A stretch of DNA of 64,000 nt, from NCBI GenBank assembly GCA_041583775.1, contig JBFHFF010000001.1, positions 27,528 to 91,527 on the forward strand. The letters are read 5' to 3'. This document shows, piece after piece, positions 42,844 to 53,007 of the stretch. The notes under the pieces are model-generated. The model had not been told where the DNA came from and ran no database searches. It saw only the letters and a program-made list of their open reading frames with translations. Made by a program: the position numbers and the translations under genes. The stretch comes from Candidatus Moraniibacteriota bacterium (lineage in GTDB: Bacteria > Patescibacteriota > Minisyncoccia > Moranbacterales > DUUL01). How positions within the stretch are numbered: position 1 is the stretch's first letter; every line of letters starts with the position of its first letter.

Positions 42844-43944
42844 TTATGCTTTGCGCAAATACTCAGCCGCAATCTCTGGCTCAATTGCAGTTATATCTGT
42901 ACCACTAGATAATTCAAATCCTGCCCAAGTAGATGTTCGTGGCAAAATTTCAATATGCCAATGATAGTGCTGGTAATCCTTCCCGTCACAAGGAGCAGTA
43001 TCTATATAAAAATTAAAAGAAACTCCTTCTATCACTGTCGTTAACTTTCTTATAGCTTCATGCAAGGCTTCACCAGCCGCAATCTTTTCTTCGTCACTCA
43101 TTCTTTCAAAATATGGCATATGTTTTTTAGGAATTACTTTCATCTCAAAAGCCATTCTTGAGACAAAAGGACAATAAACAACAAAAAGTTCATTTTCAAA
43201 AACTAACCGCTTTCCAAAGTCCATCTCCCACTCAAGCATTGTACAAAAAACACATTTTTTATTTGCACGAAAATAATTTTCAGCACCATTTAATTCCTGG
43301 ATAGTAAATGGTGAAATAACAGGAACCGCAATTAATTGTGAATGTGGATGTTTAATTGACGCTCCAGCCTTCTTGCCATGATTATGAAAAATTTCAATAT
43401 ATCTAACTGATTTTTTACTCATCAAATCAAGATATCTAGTCTGATAAGCATCAATTAATTCGGCCACCATAATAGGGTCCATTTTTCCAATATGTTTATA
43501 ATGATCCCTTGTCACAACGACTTCATGATAACCAACACCATCCATCATAAAATAAGGACCTTCCTCTTCGTGAGAAATTTTTCCACCCTTAGGTCTTGCT
43601 AGCGCTGGAAATTTATTAGGAAAAACTCTTAAAGTCCAATCATCTTCATTGGTCTTGTAAATAAGAATATCTTTTTCTTGACCAGAGGCTATAGGATCAC
43701 AGAATAAACAATTTTCAACTTCATCTTTATCATTTTCAGATCCCTCTCCAGAGAAAAAATCATCTGGACGCTTATTTCTGCCTGTGGCAATAACAACCCA
43801 TTCATCAGTCACTAAGTTATGTCTTAGTTGAGATATTTGCTTTGCTGTTTTATTAATGACTTTAAGCCCTTCTTTTTGCTTCCTCGGACTCTCTTTTTTT
43901 ACCACAAGCTTCTTCTTATTTGTTTTATTTTTTACACCACTCAT
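42844..43944 (-). CDS. galT: Galactose-1-phosphate uridylyltransferase
   Basis: WVVIATGR..RP, CLFC, PNKFPAL, AGASIKHPHSQ, HWHIEI. Confidence 0.93.
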   Translation of the reverse strand: MSGVKNKTNKKKLVVKKESPRKQKEGLKVINKTAKQISQLRHNLVTDEWVVIATGRNKRPDDFFSGEGSENDKDEVENCLFCDPIASGQEKDILIYKTNEDDWTLRVFPNKFPALARPKGGKISHEEEGPYFMMDGVGYHEVVVTRDHYKHIGKMDPIMVAELIDAYQTRYLDLMSKKSVRYIEIFHNHGKKAGASIKHPHSQLIAVPVISPFTIQELNGAENYFRANKKCVFCTMLEWEMDFGKRLVFENELFVVYCPFVSRMAFEMKVIPKKHMPYFERMSDEEKIAAGEALHEAIRKLTTVIEGVSFNFYIDTAPCDGKDYQHYHWHIEILPRTSTWAGFELSSGTDITAIEPEIAAEYLRKA

Positions 43945-44018
43945 TTTGTTTTTATTTTTGAAGATTTTTTAGCTTTAAGATTTCTGAATCTGAAAATTAA
44001 AAGTTCCCTAACCCCAAT

Positions 44019-44864
44019 TTAATCAATCTTTTTTGTTTCTTGTTCTTGATTCTGTGCTAAATTCAATTCAGCCATTTCCTGTTCCTCTCTGTTTCTAAGT
44101 TCAGCAACTTTCCTTTTTAACTTATAAGTGCCCTTCAACATATTCATTTTAACTTTAAATAAATCCTTAAATGTTGAAAAATAACCACTAATTCCGACCA
44201 AACTCTCACCTTTGTCCACCCAATCAATTGGGACTTCTTTAATTTTATATCCAAGTTTTTTACTAATCATCAAAATCTCGAAATCGATTCCCCAACGATT
44301 AACTGTTGTCCGTGGTAAAACATCTTTTGTAGCTTGCTCAGTAAAAGCCTTAAATCCACATTGAGTATCTTTTACTCCCCACAAACCAGTTCCAGCCTGA
44401 ATTAAAAAATTTCCTAAATCACCGAGTAATTCCTTCCATTTTGGTTGATGAACTCTAACTTCTGATTCTTGCAAATCTCTTGATCCTATAACAACATCAG
44501 CACCTTCTTGAAATTTTGGAATAAAACGATCCAACATTTCAATTGGAGTTGCACCATCCATATCCGTAAAAAGTCGAATATGCCCTTCGGATGCCAAAAG
44601 TCCTTCACGAAGTGAATATCCTTTTCCCATGTTTTGAGTTCGATCTATAATTCTAACATTTTCAATATTTTTAGTAATCTCCCTAACTAACTCTCCAGTT
44701 CCATCCGTTGGTCCATCTAAAACAATAACAATTTCCCTTGATTGACCTATGTTTTTAAAATATTCATCGATTGAATTTAAATGATTTCTCATCTCCTCTG
44801 TCTTTGTGGACTCATTGAAAGTAGGAATAACAACTGAATATGTCGGTCTGTTTTCTTGTTGCAT
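44019..44864 (-). CDS. Dolichyl/polyprenyl-phosphate beta-glucosyltransferase-like GT2
   Basis: SVVIPTFNE, GKG, FTDMD, IGSR, DTQCGFK, DFEIL. Confidence 0.9.
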   Translation of the reverse strand: MQQENRPTYSVVIPTFNESTKTEEMRNHLNSIDEYFKNIGQSREIVIVLDGPTDGTGELVREITKNIENVRIIDRTQNMGKGYSLREGLLASEGHIRLFTDMDGATPIEMLDRFIPKFQEGADVVIGSRDLQESEVRVHQPKWKELLGDLGNFLIQAGTGLWGVKDTQCGFKAFTEQATKDVLPRTTVNRWGIDFEILMISKKLGYKIKEVPIDWVDKGESLVGISGYFSTFKDLFKVKMNMLKGTYKLKRKVAELRNREEQEMAELNLAQNQEQETKKID

Positions 44865-45013
44865 AATTTCTGTTTTAATTAGGTTACTACGACTTCCAAA
44901 AACACATAATTTATTTTAATAAAGGTGTTTTATTTATAAAAAAATGAATCTGAAAAAACAAATTAAATTTTCTTTATAAAAAAAGAAAAGTTATTTACTT
45001 TATTTTAACAAAA

Positions 45014-45418
45014 CTATACCTTTCTGTCTAACCATCCTTGTAAAAGAATTCTCGCAGACTCAGCGTTATCATTTTTAGAGATTCCCTTTTTCCTAAATTC
45101 AGCCAAATTTGATTGAGCAACTTTAGTTGAAAAAAACTCTTCTTCAATCTCAACATCAAATCCCCGTTCTTCAAGCTTTACTATAAAATTATCAATAATT
45201 TTTTCATTAGCGGTAAATTGTTCTTTCTGGTTGCCAGTTTTCCCCACAATAATTTTTTCAAAAGGAAATTCCTCTGCTAATTGATTGATTTTTTCAAAAA
45301 TTTTTCTTGTATCAACTTCACAATATGCGTTAGCAATTCTAGTTTCCGCATCAGCTATCGCAATACCACAAAAAGACCTCCCCCAATCAATTGCCAAATA
45401 ATAAATTTCCTCTACCAT
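45014..45418 (-). CDS. ruvX: YqgF/RuvX family nuclease
   Basis: LAIDWG..GIAI, IIVG, EEFFST, ARILLQ. Confidence 0.88.
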   Translation of the reverse strand: MVEEIYYLAIDWGRSFCGIAIADAETRIANAYCEVDTRKIFEKINQLAEEFPFEKIIVGKTGNQKEQFTANEKIIDNFIVKLEERGFDVEIEEEFFSTKVAQSNLAEFRKKGISKNDNAESARILLQGWLDRKV

Positions 45419-45429
45419 TCTTCTATAAA

Positions 45430-46218
45430 TTAAACCTTAATGCCACCAGTAACGACCTCGCAGCCCTTTTTAGTAACAACAACTGTATGCTCGAAATGAG
45501 CTGACAAACTTCCGTTATATGTAACAAAAGCAAACTCATCTTCCCCCAAAGCGATTCTATCATCACCCACAGCCAACATTGGCTCTAGTGCCAAAACCAT
45601 ATTTTCTTTTATCTTTAAACCTGTATTTTTTTCTCCATAATTTGGAATTTGTGGTGCTTCATGAACAGCATGACCAACTCCATGCCCAACCAACCCCTTT
45701 ATTGTAACAAAGCCATTTTTAGTGGCATATTCGTCTACAGCAAAACCATAGTCACCTAACCTCGCACCATCACAAATCTTAGCAATTCCCGCACTTAAAC
45801 TTTTCTTAGTTGCTTCTGTTATCTTTCTGGCTTGCTCACTAACTTCTCCGATCATAACTGTGGTAGCAGCATCTGTATACATCCCTTTATACTCAACTCC
45901 CAAATCTAAAGAAACTAAATCACCTTCCTTTATAATCCTATCTTTTTTTGGTATCCCATGCACAATCTCATCATTAATTGAAACGCAAAGAGAAGCTGGA
46001 AATGGCTCGCCATCTCCATCAAAATAATGTAAAAAGGCAGGAGTGCCTCCCTTATCTCTAATATATTTTTCAACAATTTCATCAAGTTCCATTGTTGTTA
46101 CTTTTTCGTTAACAGCTTTTTTAGCCCTTTCAATTGCCAAATTCATAGCATCTGCTAAAATTTTTCCGCTCTCTCTCAACAGTTCTATTTCCTGCTTTGT
46201 TTTCAACCTTACCTTCAT
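45430..46218 (-). CDS. map: Type I methionine aminopeptidase
   Basis: CVSINDEIVHGIP, SLDLG..TD, GHGVG..HE, LEPM, SAHFEHT. Confidence 0.97.
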   Translation of the reverse strand: MKVRLKTKQEIELLRESGKILADAMNLAIERAKKAVNEKVTTMELDEIVEKYIRDKGGTPAFLHYFDGDGEPFPASLCVSINDEIVHGIPKKDRIIKEGDLVSLDLGVEYKGMYTDAATTVMIGEVSEQARKITEATKKSLSAGIAKICDGARLGDYGFAVDEYATKNGFVTIKGLVGHGVGHAVHEAPQIPNYGEKNTGLKIKENMVLALEPMLAVGDDRIALGEDEFAFVTYNGSLSAHFEHTVVVTKKGCEVVTGGIKV

Positions 46219-46362
46219 AAACTTAAATTATTTATATCCTTTATATAGAAACAAGCAATAAGTATTGCATTTATATAGATATTATAGAAAACACCTATCT
46301 AAAGTCAAACCACTCTTTTTTAAGCACACTTAAACAATAACTAACTTGTAAAAATTTGCCTT

Positions 46363-46398
46363 AAAAAATACCCCCGAAACAAATTTTGCTCCAGGGAT
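46363..46398 (-). terminator. Intrinsic terminator
   Basis: atccctggagcaaa-a-tttgtttcggggg-tatttttt, G-U-containing stem on minus strand. Confidence 0.6.
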
Positions 46399-46426
46399 AT
46401 ACTTAATCGAAAGCTCTGTATTTATA

Positions 46427-46945
46427 TCAGAGCTTCCGCTTAGAAAGTTCATACAGTTTCTGCAAGCTTCGCATAAACCTTCCTTCGACCTTATATTTTG
46501 GCCAGTCTCTATTCAGAGGTTGAACAGACCGGCCATTCTTGTCGATACACTCAACAATCTTTGCATAGAAACCATCAAACCATTCCTCTACTGATAAAGA
46601 CGAATGATTACTGATTTCGTTTCCTAAGCGAGAATAACTCGTTCTCACTGTTAGAGGAAACCTCGTTCCACGAGGAAATTGAATTCCCGTGCCAAGACTT
46701 GGTTCCTCTATTTTTGTGATAGAGTTTGCAAAATCAATTACTCCATCTCCCCTTCCCTCCACAATGACATCGGCAAGCCTGTAAGTAATGTCTCCCACAG
46801 GAACCGTAATTAGAATATAATAAGTCTTACTTTTCGGGAAATTATTATCTCTATAACCTCTTTGAACTGCAGAAGCACTGGTTACCATTAGAGAAAAAAA
46901 TATTACCACCAAGAAAACAATTGACATTCTCAATACATTACTCAT
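46427..46945 (-). CDS. Hypothetical secreted protein
   Basis: Signal peptide ending ASA; SD AAGGAG; own promoter (TTTACA..TATAAT) and terminator. Confidence 0.7.
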   Translation of the reverse strand: MSNVLRMSIVFLVVIFFSLMVTSASAVQRGYRDNNFPKSKTYYILITVPVGDITYRLADVIVEGRGDGVIDFANSITKIEEPSLGTGIQFPRGTRFPLTVRTSYSRLGNEISNHSSLSVEEWFDGFYAKIVECIDKNGRSVQPLNRDWPKYKVEGRFMRSLQKLYELSKRKL

Positions 46946-47268
46946 AGTCTACTCCTTTTTTGTGTGTTTAATACGCGGTGTGAAATAATTTCACTAAATC
47001 TTCACTTTTAAAAAATAAAGGTACTTGTTTATAATTTTAATTATACACTATATTCTAACTTTTGTAAAGGAACATGCGAAATCTTTATTAAACATCGCCT
47101 TATTTCTATTGACTTTTTCAAAATAATATGTCATCCTAGGCATATTGATAAAGCCCTGGGCGTTTCCGCCTTTCTTTTATGAAAGGACTAGAAAAGCCAA
47201 CCTCCACCAATGGGTGGGTTTTATTTGTACTTAAATATGGTATAATTAATTAGTAAAATCTTATCCAA

Positions 47269-47865
47269 ATGGAATATGAGATTAATTTTCTTGTGTTACA
47301 ATCAAACACAGAAACTATTGATGCAATCCGGGACAAAGTAAAGTCCCTGATCAAAGATCACAAGGGTTCAGTTATCGATGAACTTGTCTATAAAAAAAGA
47401 AGACTGGCTTATGAAATCAAGCACGAAATGTATGGTTTTTTCACAGTATTAAGATTCACTCTTGAAAACAACCCAGATATCATTGATTTAAAAAGAGAAT
47501 TGAACTTGGTTCAAGATATCGCTCGCTATATTATTGTTCAAGCCAATCAACTTCCTAAACTCAGTCAAGAAATTCTTTCAATGGAAAGACGAGAAAAAAC
47601 AACTGTAAAACAAGAAGATGTTGAAAAAATAATTGCTAAATCAGAACAAAGCAAGGAATCAAAAGAGGTAAAGAAGGAGGAAGAGAAAAAAGTGAAAGAA
47701 AAAACTGAAAACGAGGACTCAAAAAAAGAAGTTAAAGTTGAAGATAAAAAAGAAGAAGTGAAAAAAGAGGAAGTGAAGGAGGAATCAAAGGAAGATAAAG
47801 ATTCTAATGACAGATCTTCCCTAGAAGATTTAGATAAAAAATTAGACGAGATTTTGAGCATATAA
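47269..47865 (+). CDS. rpsF: 30S ribosomal protein S6 with long charged C-terminal extension
   Basis: MEYEI, KRRLAYEIK, IARYIIV; in rpsF-ssb-rpsR order. Confidence 0.95.
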   Translation: MEYEINFLVLQSNTETIDAIRDKVKSLIKDHKGSVIDELVYKKRRLAYEIKHEMYGFFTVLRFTLENNPDIIDLKRELNLVQDIARYIIVQANQLPKLSQEILSMERREKTTVKQEDVEKIIAKSEQSKESKEVKKEEEKKVKEKTENEDSKKEVKVEDKKEEVKKEEVKEESKEDKDSNDRSSLEDLDKKLDEILSI

Positions 47866-47883
47866 AAACTAAATTCAAACCCT

Positions 47884-48381
47884 ATGGACCTCAACAAAGC
47901 GATGCTAATTGGCAACATTGTAAATGACCCAGAGATGCGAACAACTCCAAATGGACAAAATGTTACATCTTTCAGGGTTGCCACAAACAGGCGATGGAAA
48001 AATCAAGCCACTGGTGAATACAATGAGGATTCTCAATTTCATTCAATTGTCGCTTGGGGGAAACTTGCAGAAATTTGTTCTCAGTATATGAGCAAAGGAC
48101 AAAAAGTTTATATTGAAGGTAGAATCACAACAAGATCTTGGGATGATCCCCAATCAGGGCAAAAGAAGTATATGACTGAAGTTGTAGCAGAAAATGCAAT
48201 AATGTTAAGTCAAAAAAGAGATGGTAACACTGGTGCAAATTATGCAGGACAACCTGCGCCAAACCAAGCACCAACAAATGCGCCTCAGAAAAATAATGTC
48301 TCCATTCCATCACCTGAACAAATTCCTACAATAGATGTAAATGATCAGGATGAAATAAGAGTGGAAGATATACCGTTTTAA
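47884..48381 (+). CDS. ssb: Single-stranded DNA-binding protein
   Basis: LNKAMLIGN, VATNRRW, KGQKVYIEGR, C-terminal DIPF. Confidence 0.98.
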   Translation: MDLNKAMLIGNIVNDPEMRTTPNGQNVTSFRVATNRRWKNQATGEYNEDSQFHSIVAWGKLAEICSQYMSKGQKVYIEGRITTRSWDDPQSGQKKYMTEVVAENAIMLSQKRDGNTGANYAGQPAPNQAPTNAPQKNNVSIPSPEQIPTIDVNDQDEIRVEDIPF

Positions 48382-48402
48382 ATTTAAACAAACTCTAGAC
48401 CT

Positions 48403-48642
48403 ATGATGAATAGAAATAACCGAAACACTATAAAGGTGGAAAGCAAAAATTGTTATTTTTGCGCAAACAATATCAAAGAATTAGACTACAAGGATGTCAT
48501 CCTTCTACGAAAATTTATCAATACTGTTGGAAAAATAATTCCAACAAGAAGAACAGGTACTTGTGCTAAACATCAAAGAGCACTTTCAAAGGCAATTAAG
48601 CGAGCAAGAATTCTTGCACTTCTTCCTTTTGTAGCTAAATAA
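48403..48642 (+). CDS. rpsR: 30S ribosomal protein S18
   Basis: [35 protein letters not shown]. Confidence 0.97.
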   Translation: MMNRNNRNTIKVESKNCYFCANNIKELDYKDVILLRKFINTVGKIIPTRRTGTCAKHQRALSKAIKRARILALLPFVAK

Positions 48643-48699
48643 AAAATAAAAAAGGAACGGGGTTAACGCCTCGTTCTTTTTTCTTTACAAACAAACACT

Positions 48700-49260
48700 A
48701 TGCTAACATTATCAGGAATTAAGGTTGGAAAAAAAATTATTATTGAAAGTGAGCCTTTTGTGGTTCTTTTTGCACAACACTCAAAAATGGGTCGTGCCGG
48801 TGCTGTTCTTAGAACAAAACTAAAAAATCTTGTGACTGGAGCAACAATAAACAAGACTTTTCAAGGAGCTGACAAGATACCACCTGCTGAGATAACAACC
48901 CAGAAAGCTCAATATTTATACTCGGACGAACAAAATCATTATTTTATGAATGGTGAGTCTTATGAACAATTTGAAATTTCAGCCAAGGTTATTGGCGACA
49001 ATAGTAAATTCCTAACAGAAGGAACGGAAATTGATGTTTTGTATTTTGGGGATTCAGCAATTAATATTGAACTTCCAATCAAGATGGATTTTGAGGTTGT
49101 TGAAGCTCCCCCAGCAGTTAAGGGCAACACCGCTGATGGTGGCTCAAAACAAGTAACAATTGAAACTGGGGTAAAAGTAAATGTCCCTCTTTTTATTAAG
49201 ACTGGCGACAGAATTAGAGTAAATACCCAAACAGGGGAATACTCTGAACGAGCAAATTAA
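48700..49260 (+). CDS. efp: Elongation factor P
   Basis: RTKLKNLVTG, QYLY, FMNGESYEQ, KGNTA, VPLFIKTG, GEYSER. Confidence 0.96.
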   Translation: MLTLSGIKVGKKIIIESEPFVVLFAQHSKMGRAGAVLRTKLKNLVTGATINKTFQGADKIPPAEITTQKAQYLYSDEQNHYFMNGESYEQFEISAKVIGDNSKFLTEGTEIDVLYFGDSAINIELPIKMDFEVVEAPPAVKGNTADGGSKQVTIETGVKVNVPLFIKTGDRIRVNTQTGEYSERAN

Positions 49261-49280
49261 TTTTATTTCGATATTTTTCA

Positions 49281-49318
49281 ATTAAAAAACAGCCCTCTAT
49301 TTGCGGCTGTTTTTTAAT
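49281..49318. terminator. Bidirectional terminator between efp and ndk
   Basis: attaaaaaacagcc-ctctatttgc-ggctgttttttaat. Confidence 0.85.
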
Positions 49319-49339
49319 ATATATAATAAAGTTGAAAAT

Positions 49340-49954
49340 CTATTCTTTTGTGCCATCAAGATTTACATCATAAAGAATTTCTTCTTGTACCAAGCGATAC
49401 TCAATTAACTCCTTTTCATCAAACCAATGTGGAATTTCCATTTGAGCCTCTTCGACTGATCCGGAAGCATGAACAAGATTTCTGATTGCTCGTCCATCCC
49501 TATCTGACATTTCATATGAATCCATAACATAGTCACCTCGAATTGTTCCCACATCAGATGTGAGCGGTTCCGTTCCACCAACAATTTTTCTTACCATCTT
49601 AACAACATGTGCTCCTTGCCAAACCATCGCTACCACAGGACCACTTGCCATATATTTCTTCAACCCCTTTAGAATGTTATCAGTAATTTCAAAAGGATCA
49701 TTTGAAGGAGGTGTCATTCCCTTACTTTTGTAACCAGCAATTGTTTTCTCTCCAGTTATTCTTCTCCATTCTGGATCAAGTGTATAATGAGCTTCAATAT
49801 GTTCCGCTGTTGGAACAACTGTTTTCATTGCAACAAGTTTAAATCCTAAATTCTCATGTCGTTTGATAATTTCACCAATAAGGCCTCTTTGAACACCATC
49901 TGGTTTTACCATCACAAGAGTTCGCTCTTTTGAAAAATGTTGTTTTTCAGTCAT
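49340..49954 (-). CDS. ndk: Nucleoside-diphosphate kinase
   Basis: ERTLVMVKPDGVQRGL, SGPVVAM, GTIRGD, NLVHASGS. Confidence 0.96.
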   Translation of the reverse strand: MTEKQHFSKERTLVMVKPDGVQRGLIGEIIKRHENLGFKLVAMKTVVPTAEHIEAHYTLDPEWRRITGEKTIAGYKSKGMTPPSNDPFEITDNILKGLKKYMASGPVVAMVWQGAHVVKMVRKIVGGTEPLTSDVGTIRGDYVMDSYEMSDRDGRAIRNLVHASGSVEEAQMEIPHWFDEKELIEYRLVQEEILYDVNLDGTKE

Positions 49955-50070
49955 AGTTTTCCTATTTTTTAATTAAAAAACCCACAAAAATATATATGGA
50001 GGTTTGTATAAACTTATCTTAGCATTTCTATTTGTTTTATCAAGAACCAACATTGTAATGCGTATTTAAA

Positions 50071-50940
50071 TTACCTCAAAACACATTCTTCGTTGGGAAT
50101 TCTACAAAATACTTCTATTGTTCCATTCTCGTCAGTTCTTAAAATCGGTACACCTACTTTTCCTATCAACTCCAAAACTTCAACTGCTGGATGTTTGTAT
50201 TTGTTTCTAGCTCCAACGGAAATAATTGTGAACTTTGGAGAGGTTGCTACCAAAAACTCTTCTGTTGTTGAATGTTTTGAACCATGGTGTCCGATTTTTA
50301 ACCAATCAACATCAATATTCTCTCCATCAGTTATCATATCTTTTTCAATATCACCAGTAGCATCTCCCGTAAATAAAAAAGAATTTATTCCAAAATCCAT
50401 TCTCAAAACTATTGAATTCTCATTTCTGTCTTTACTTTCAAGCGTCGCATCATCTGGATTAAAAATTTCAAAATTTAGATTATTACCAATTGAAATTTTT
50501 GAATCTTCTGTTAGAATTTCTTTTTCAATATTTTTTTCCAATAAAACACTTTCCAATTCTTCAAAAATTTGAGTATCCGCACTAGCCCCATTACCCAAAA
50601 AAACTCCTACTTCATAATTCTTCACGACATCAATCAATCCTGCGAGATGATCGAAATCGGGGTGTGTTAAAATTACTATTTCAATTTTTTTGTCCATTAT
50701 GGGCATCTGTTTGCCAAGCTCTTCTAATAATTTCCTACCACTCGGTCCCCCATCAATTAATATTTGATATTTACCAAGATAGCTAATCAAAGTAGCATCG
50801 CCCTGTCCGATATCCAAATAGGAGACTTCGAGAATATCATTTTGTTTATTCCCAAATGAAACTACCTCAAAAACAACAAGAACTAAAAACAAAACTCCGA
50901 TAATAAAAACTAAAAATTTTCTTTTTTCAAATTCAGACAT
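50071..50940 (-). CDS. ComEC metallo-beta-lactamase domain protein
   Basis: LDIGQGDA, THPDFDHLAG, LFTGD, KIGHHGS, YKHP. Confidence 0.92.
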   Translation of the reverse strand: MSEFEKRKFLVFIIGVLFLVLVVFEVVSFGNKQNDILEVSYLDIGQGDATLISYLGKYQILIDGGPSGRKLLEELGKQMPIMDKKIEIVILTHPDFDHLAGLIDVVKNYEVGVFLGNGASADTQIFEELESVLLEKNIEKEILTEDSKISIGNNLNFEIFNPDDATLESKDRNENSIVLRMDFGINSFLFTGDATGDIEKDMITDGENIDVDWLKIGHHGSKHSTTEEFLVATSPKFTIISVGARNKYKHPAVEVLELIGKVGVPILRTDENGTIEVFCRIPNEECVLR

Positions 50941-50948
50941 CTAAATTT

Positions 50949-52430
50949 TTATTTATTTCTAACTTCTTTCAATTTAAACACAACTCCAATAAAAAACAAA
51001 TAATACCCAATTACCCACCAAACGCCAACATCACCAATTTCAATATTCGCAAAAGGAAACTTTGCTAATTCTCCAATTGCAAAAATTTCAAAATGCAGAA
51101 AAAACCAAACTATTAAAGAAAATATTTTAGCAGCAAAAAGAGAAAAGAAACTGAGGATAATCGACATAAACCCTAACAACATAATGATTGGGATAAGTGG
51201 TAAAATGATAATGTTGGCAAGTAAAGAGATTAAGGAAAAAGATTCAAAAACATAAACCAAAAGACCTAAAACTCCTAGTTGTGCAGAAATTGTAACTAAA
51301 ATTATCGATTTAAGCTCTAGGAAATCATCCTTAATTTCCATCAATAATGACAATGGTGCATAAATTAAAATAATTCCAAGTGTCGCCAGAAATGACAATT
51401 GAAATCCAACATCATATAATAATATAAAAGGGGAGAAAAAAACCATCCCGGTCGCTGCGAAAACTGCAACACGCACAGAATTAGCTAAACGGCCTTTTTG
51501 CATCGCCCAAAGCATAAGAATTCCCATTATCGCAGCCCTTGTTGCGGATGACGGAGCACCTATCATAATAACAAAGAGGATAATTCCAAAAACAGCTAAC
51601 AAAAAAGCTTGTTTTCTCCAAAATCCCAAGCCAATCCCAAGCCACATTAGAATATTGGCAATGATTGTAATATTATAACCAGAAACAGCCACTGTGTGAG
51701 TTGTGCCTGTAATACGAAAATTTTCTGCCACACTAGTAGGCAAACGGTCATCACCTCCTAGCAATAGTCCTGCCAAATAAGCTCCCTCTGGTTCTGGCAA
51801 TAAGATACCGATTTTCTCTTCAAATTTTTCCCTTAACTGGAAAATTCTTCCCATAAAAAAACTTCTCTGAGTTTTTGTAAGCTTTTTTATTTTTGCAGAA
51901 GAGCAAATATAAAAAACTCTTTCACTAGCCAAAAATCTTTTATAATTAAATTTTTCATACTTATTTTCAGGAATTTTCATTTTACACGAAACTTGCAAGT
52001 AATCCCCAAAATTTATTGTTGGCTTTGGTTCTGCAAAAATTAAAACATTTTCTACAAATCTATTTTCCAACCCTTCAATCTCAGCACTAACAACAATTTT
52101 TTGATATTCTTCATTAATTTCAGGAGCTCTTTTCACTACAACTTCCCCATTAAAATCAAATTCTTCTTTCAGTGAGTCTAGTCTTAAAATTTCACCGTTT
52201 ATTTGCCAAACTCCTATCAAAAACCCCAAAGACAAAAAAAGTAGACGCCCGATACGCCTACTTTTCCATACAACCATACTCACAAAAAACAAAAATATGC
52301 CCACTCCTATTAACCAAAACTGCACCTCAATAAATGCTCTTATCGCAACACCAACCAAAAAACCAAATGCTATTAAAATTGAAATTTGTGAAATAGAAAA
52401 AAAATTTTCAAAAAAATTTTTTATACTCAT
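50949..52430 (-). CDS. comEC: ComEC/Rec2 competence membrane channel
   Basis: LAGLLLG, GTTHTVAVSGYN, RAAIM, DVGFQLSFLA, LLAN. Confidence 0.93.
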   Translation of the reverse strand: MSIKNFFENFFSISQISILIAFGFLVGVAIRAFIEVQFWLIGVGIFLFFVSMVVWKSRRIGRLLFLSLGFLIGVWQINGEILRLDSLKEEFDFNGEVVVKRAPEINEEYQKIVVSAEIEGLENRFVENVLIFAEPKPTINFGDYLQVSCKMKIPENKYEKFNYKRFLASERVFYICSSAKIKKLTKTQRSFFMGRIFQLREKFEEKIGILLPEPEGAYLAGLLLGGDDRLPTSVAENFRITGTTHTVAVSGYNITIIANILMWLGIGLGFWRKQAFLLAVFGIILFVIMIGAPSSATRAAIMGILMLWAMQKGRLANSVRVAVFAATGMVFFSPFILLYDVGFQLSFLATLGIILIYAPLSLLMEIKDDFLELKSIILVTISAQLGVLGLLVYVFESFSLISLLANIIILPLIPIIMLLGFMSIILSFFSLFAAKIFSLIVWFFLHFEIFAIGELAKFPFANIEIGDVGVWWVIGYYLFFIGVVFKLKEVRNK

Positions 52431-52453
52431 GCAAGCCTAGAAAAATAAAAATT

Positions 52454-52768
52454 TTAATGTGTCATTTTAAATGATATTTTTAATTCAAAATGATCAACAT
52501 CTTCCTCAAGTTTTCGACGAATATCGTTCAAACTATTGTAAACATCTCTGTCCTGAACACTCAATTGATCTTCTTGGGACAAAAACTTATTTAACTGAGA
52601 AACAAATTCTAAATCAAATCGCTGTGCTCTAATTCTGTTTCTAAAATCAAATTCATTAGAACCTCCCGTTGTGATTCTAAAAGAGGTATTCCCTATTTTC
52701 TCAATCTTAATTTTCTCACCATTATAATTCCCTTCGACCCTCCTTGTAAATTTCAAAATCTCACTCAT
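52454..52768 (-). CDS. Hypothetical protein, 104 aa (probable paralog of 53004-53318)
   Basis: Operon-like spacing; alignable by eye with 53004-53318. Confidence 0.7.
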   Translation of the reverse strand: MSEILKFTRRVEGNYNGEKIKIEKIGNTSFRITTGGSNEFDFRNRIRAQRFDLEFVSQLNKFLSQEDQLSVQDRDVYNSLNDIRRKLEEDVDHFELKISFKMTH

Positions 52769-52779
52769 ATTTTTTTAAA

Positions 52780-53007
52780 TTAAACATTAATATCTATATC
52801 TACAATTTTTTCTCTTGCCGTCTTCCCTCCTACAATAACAATATTACTCTTTGCCGTCTTAAAGTGCTTTGAAAGCAATTTTATAACCGCCTCATTTGCC
52901 TCTCCTTTTGCAGGAAGTGCCGTAGTACGAACCTCAAATTGTTTTTTTGCAATTTCCACGACTTGATTTCTACCGCTTTTTGGAAATACTTTAATGTAAA
53001 TTCTCAT
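52780..53007 (-). CDS. DUF167/YggU family protein
   Basis: IKVFPKS, P.KGEANEA, IVGGKTAREK. Confidence 0.9.
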   Translation of the reverse strand: MRIYIKVFPKSGRNQVVEIAKKQFEVRTTALPAKGEANEAVIKLLSKHFKTAKSNIVIVGGKTAREKIVDIDINV

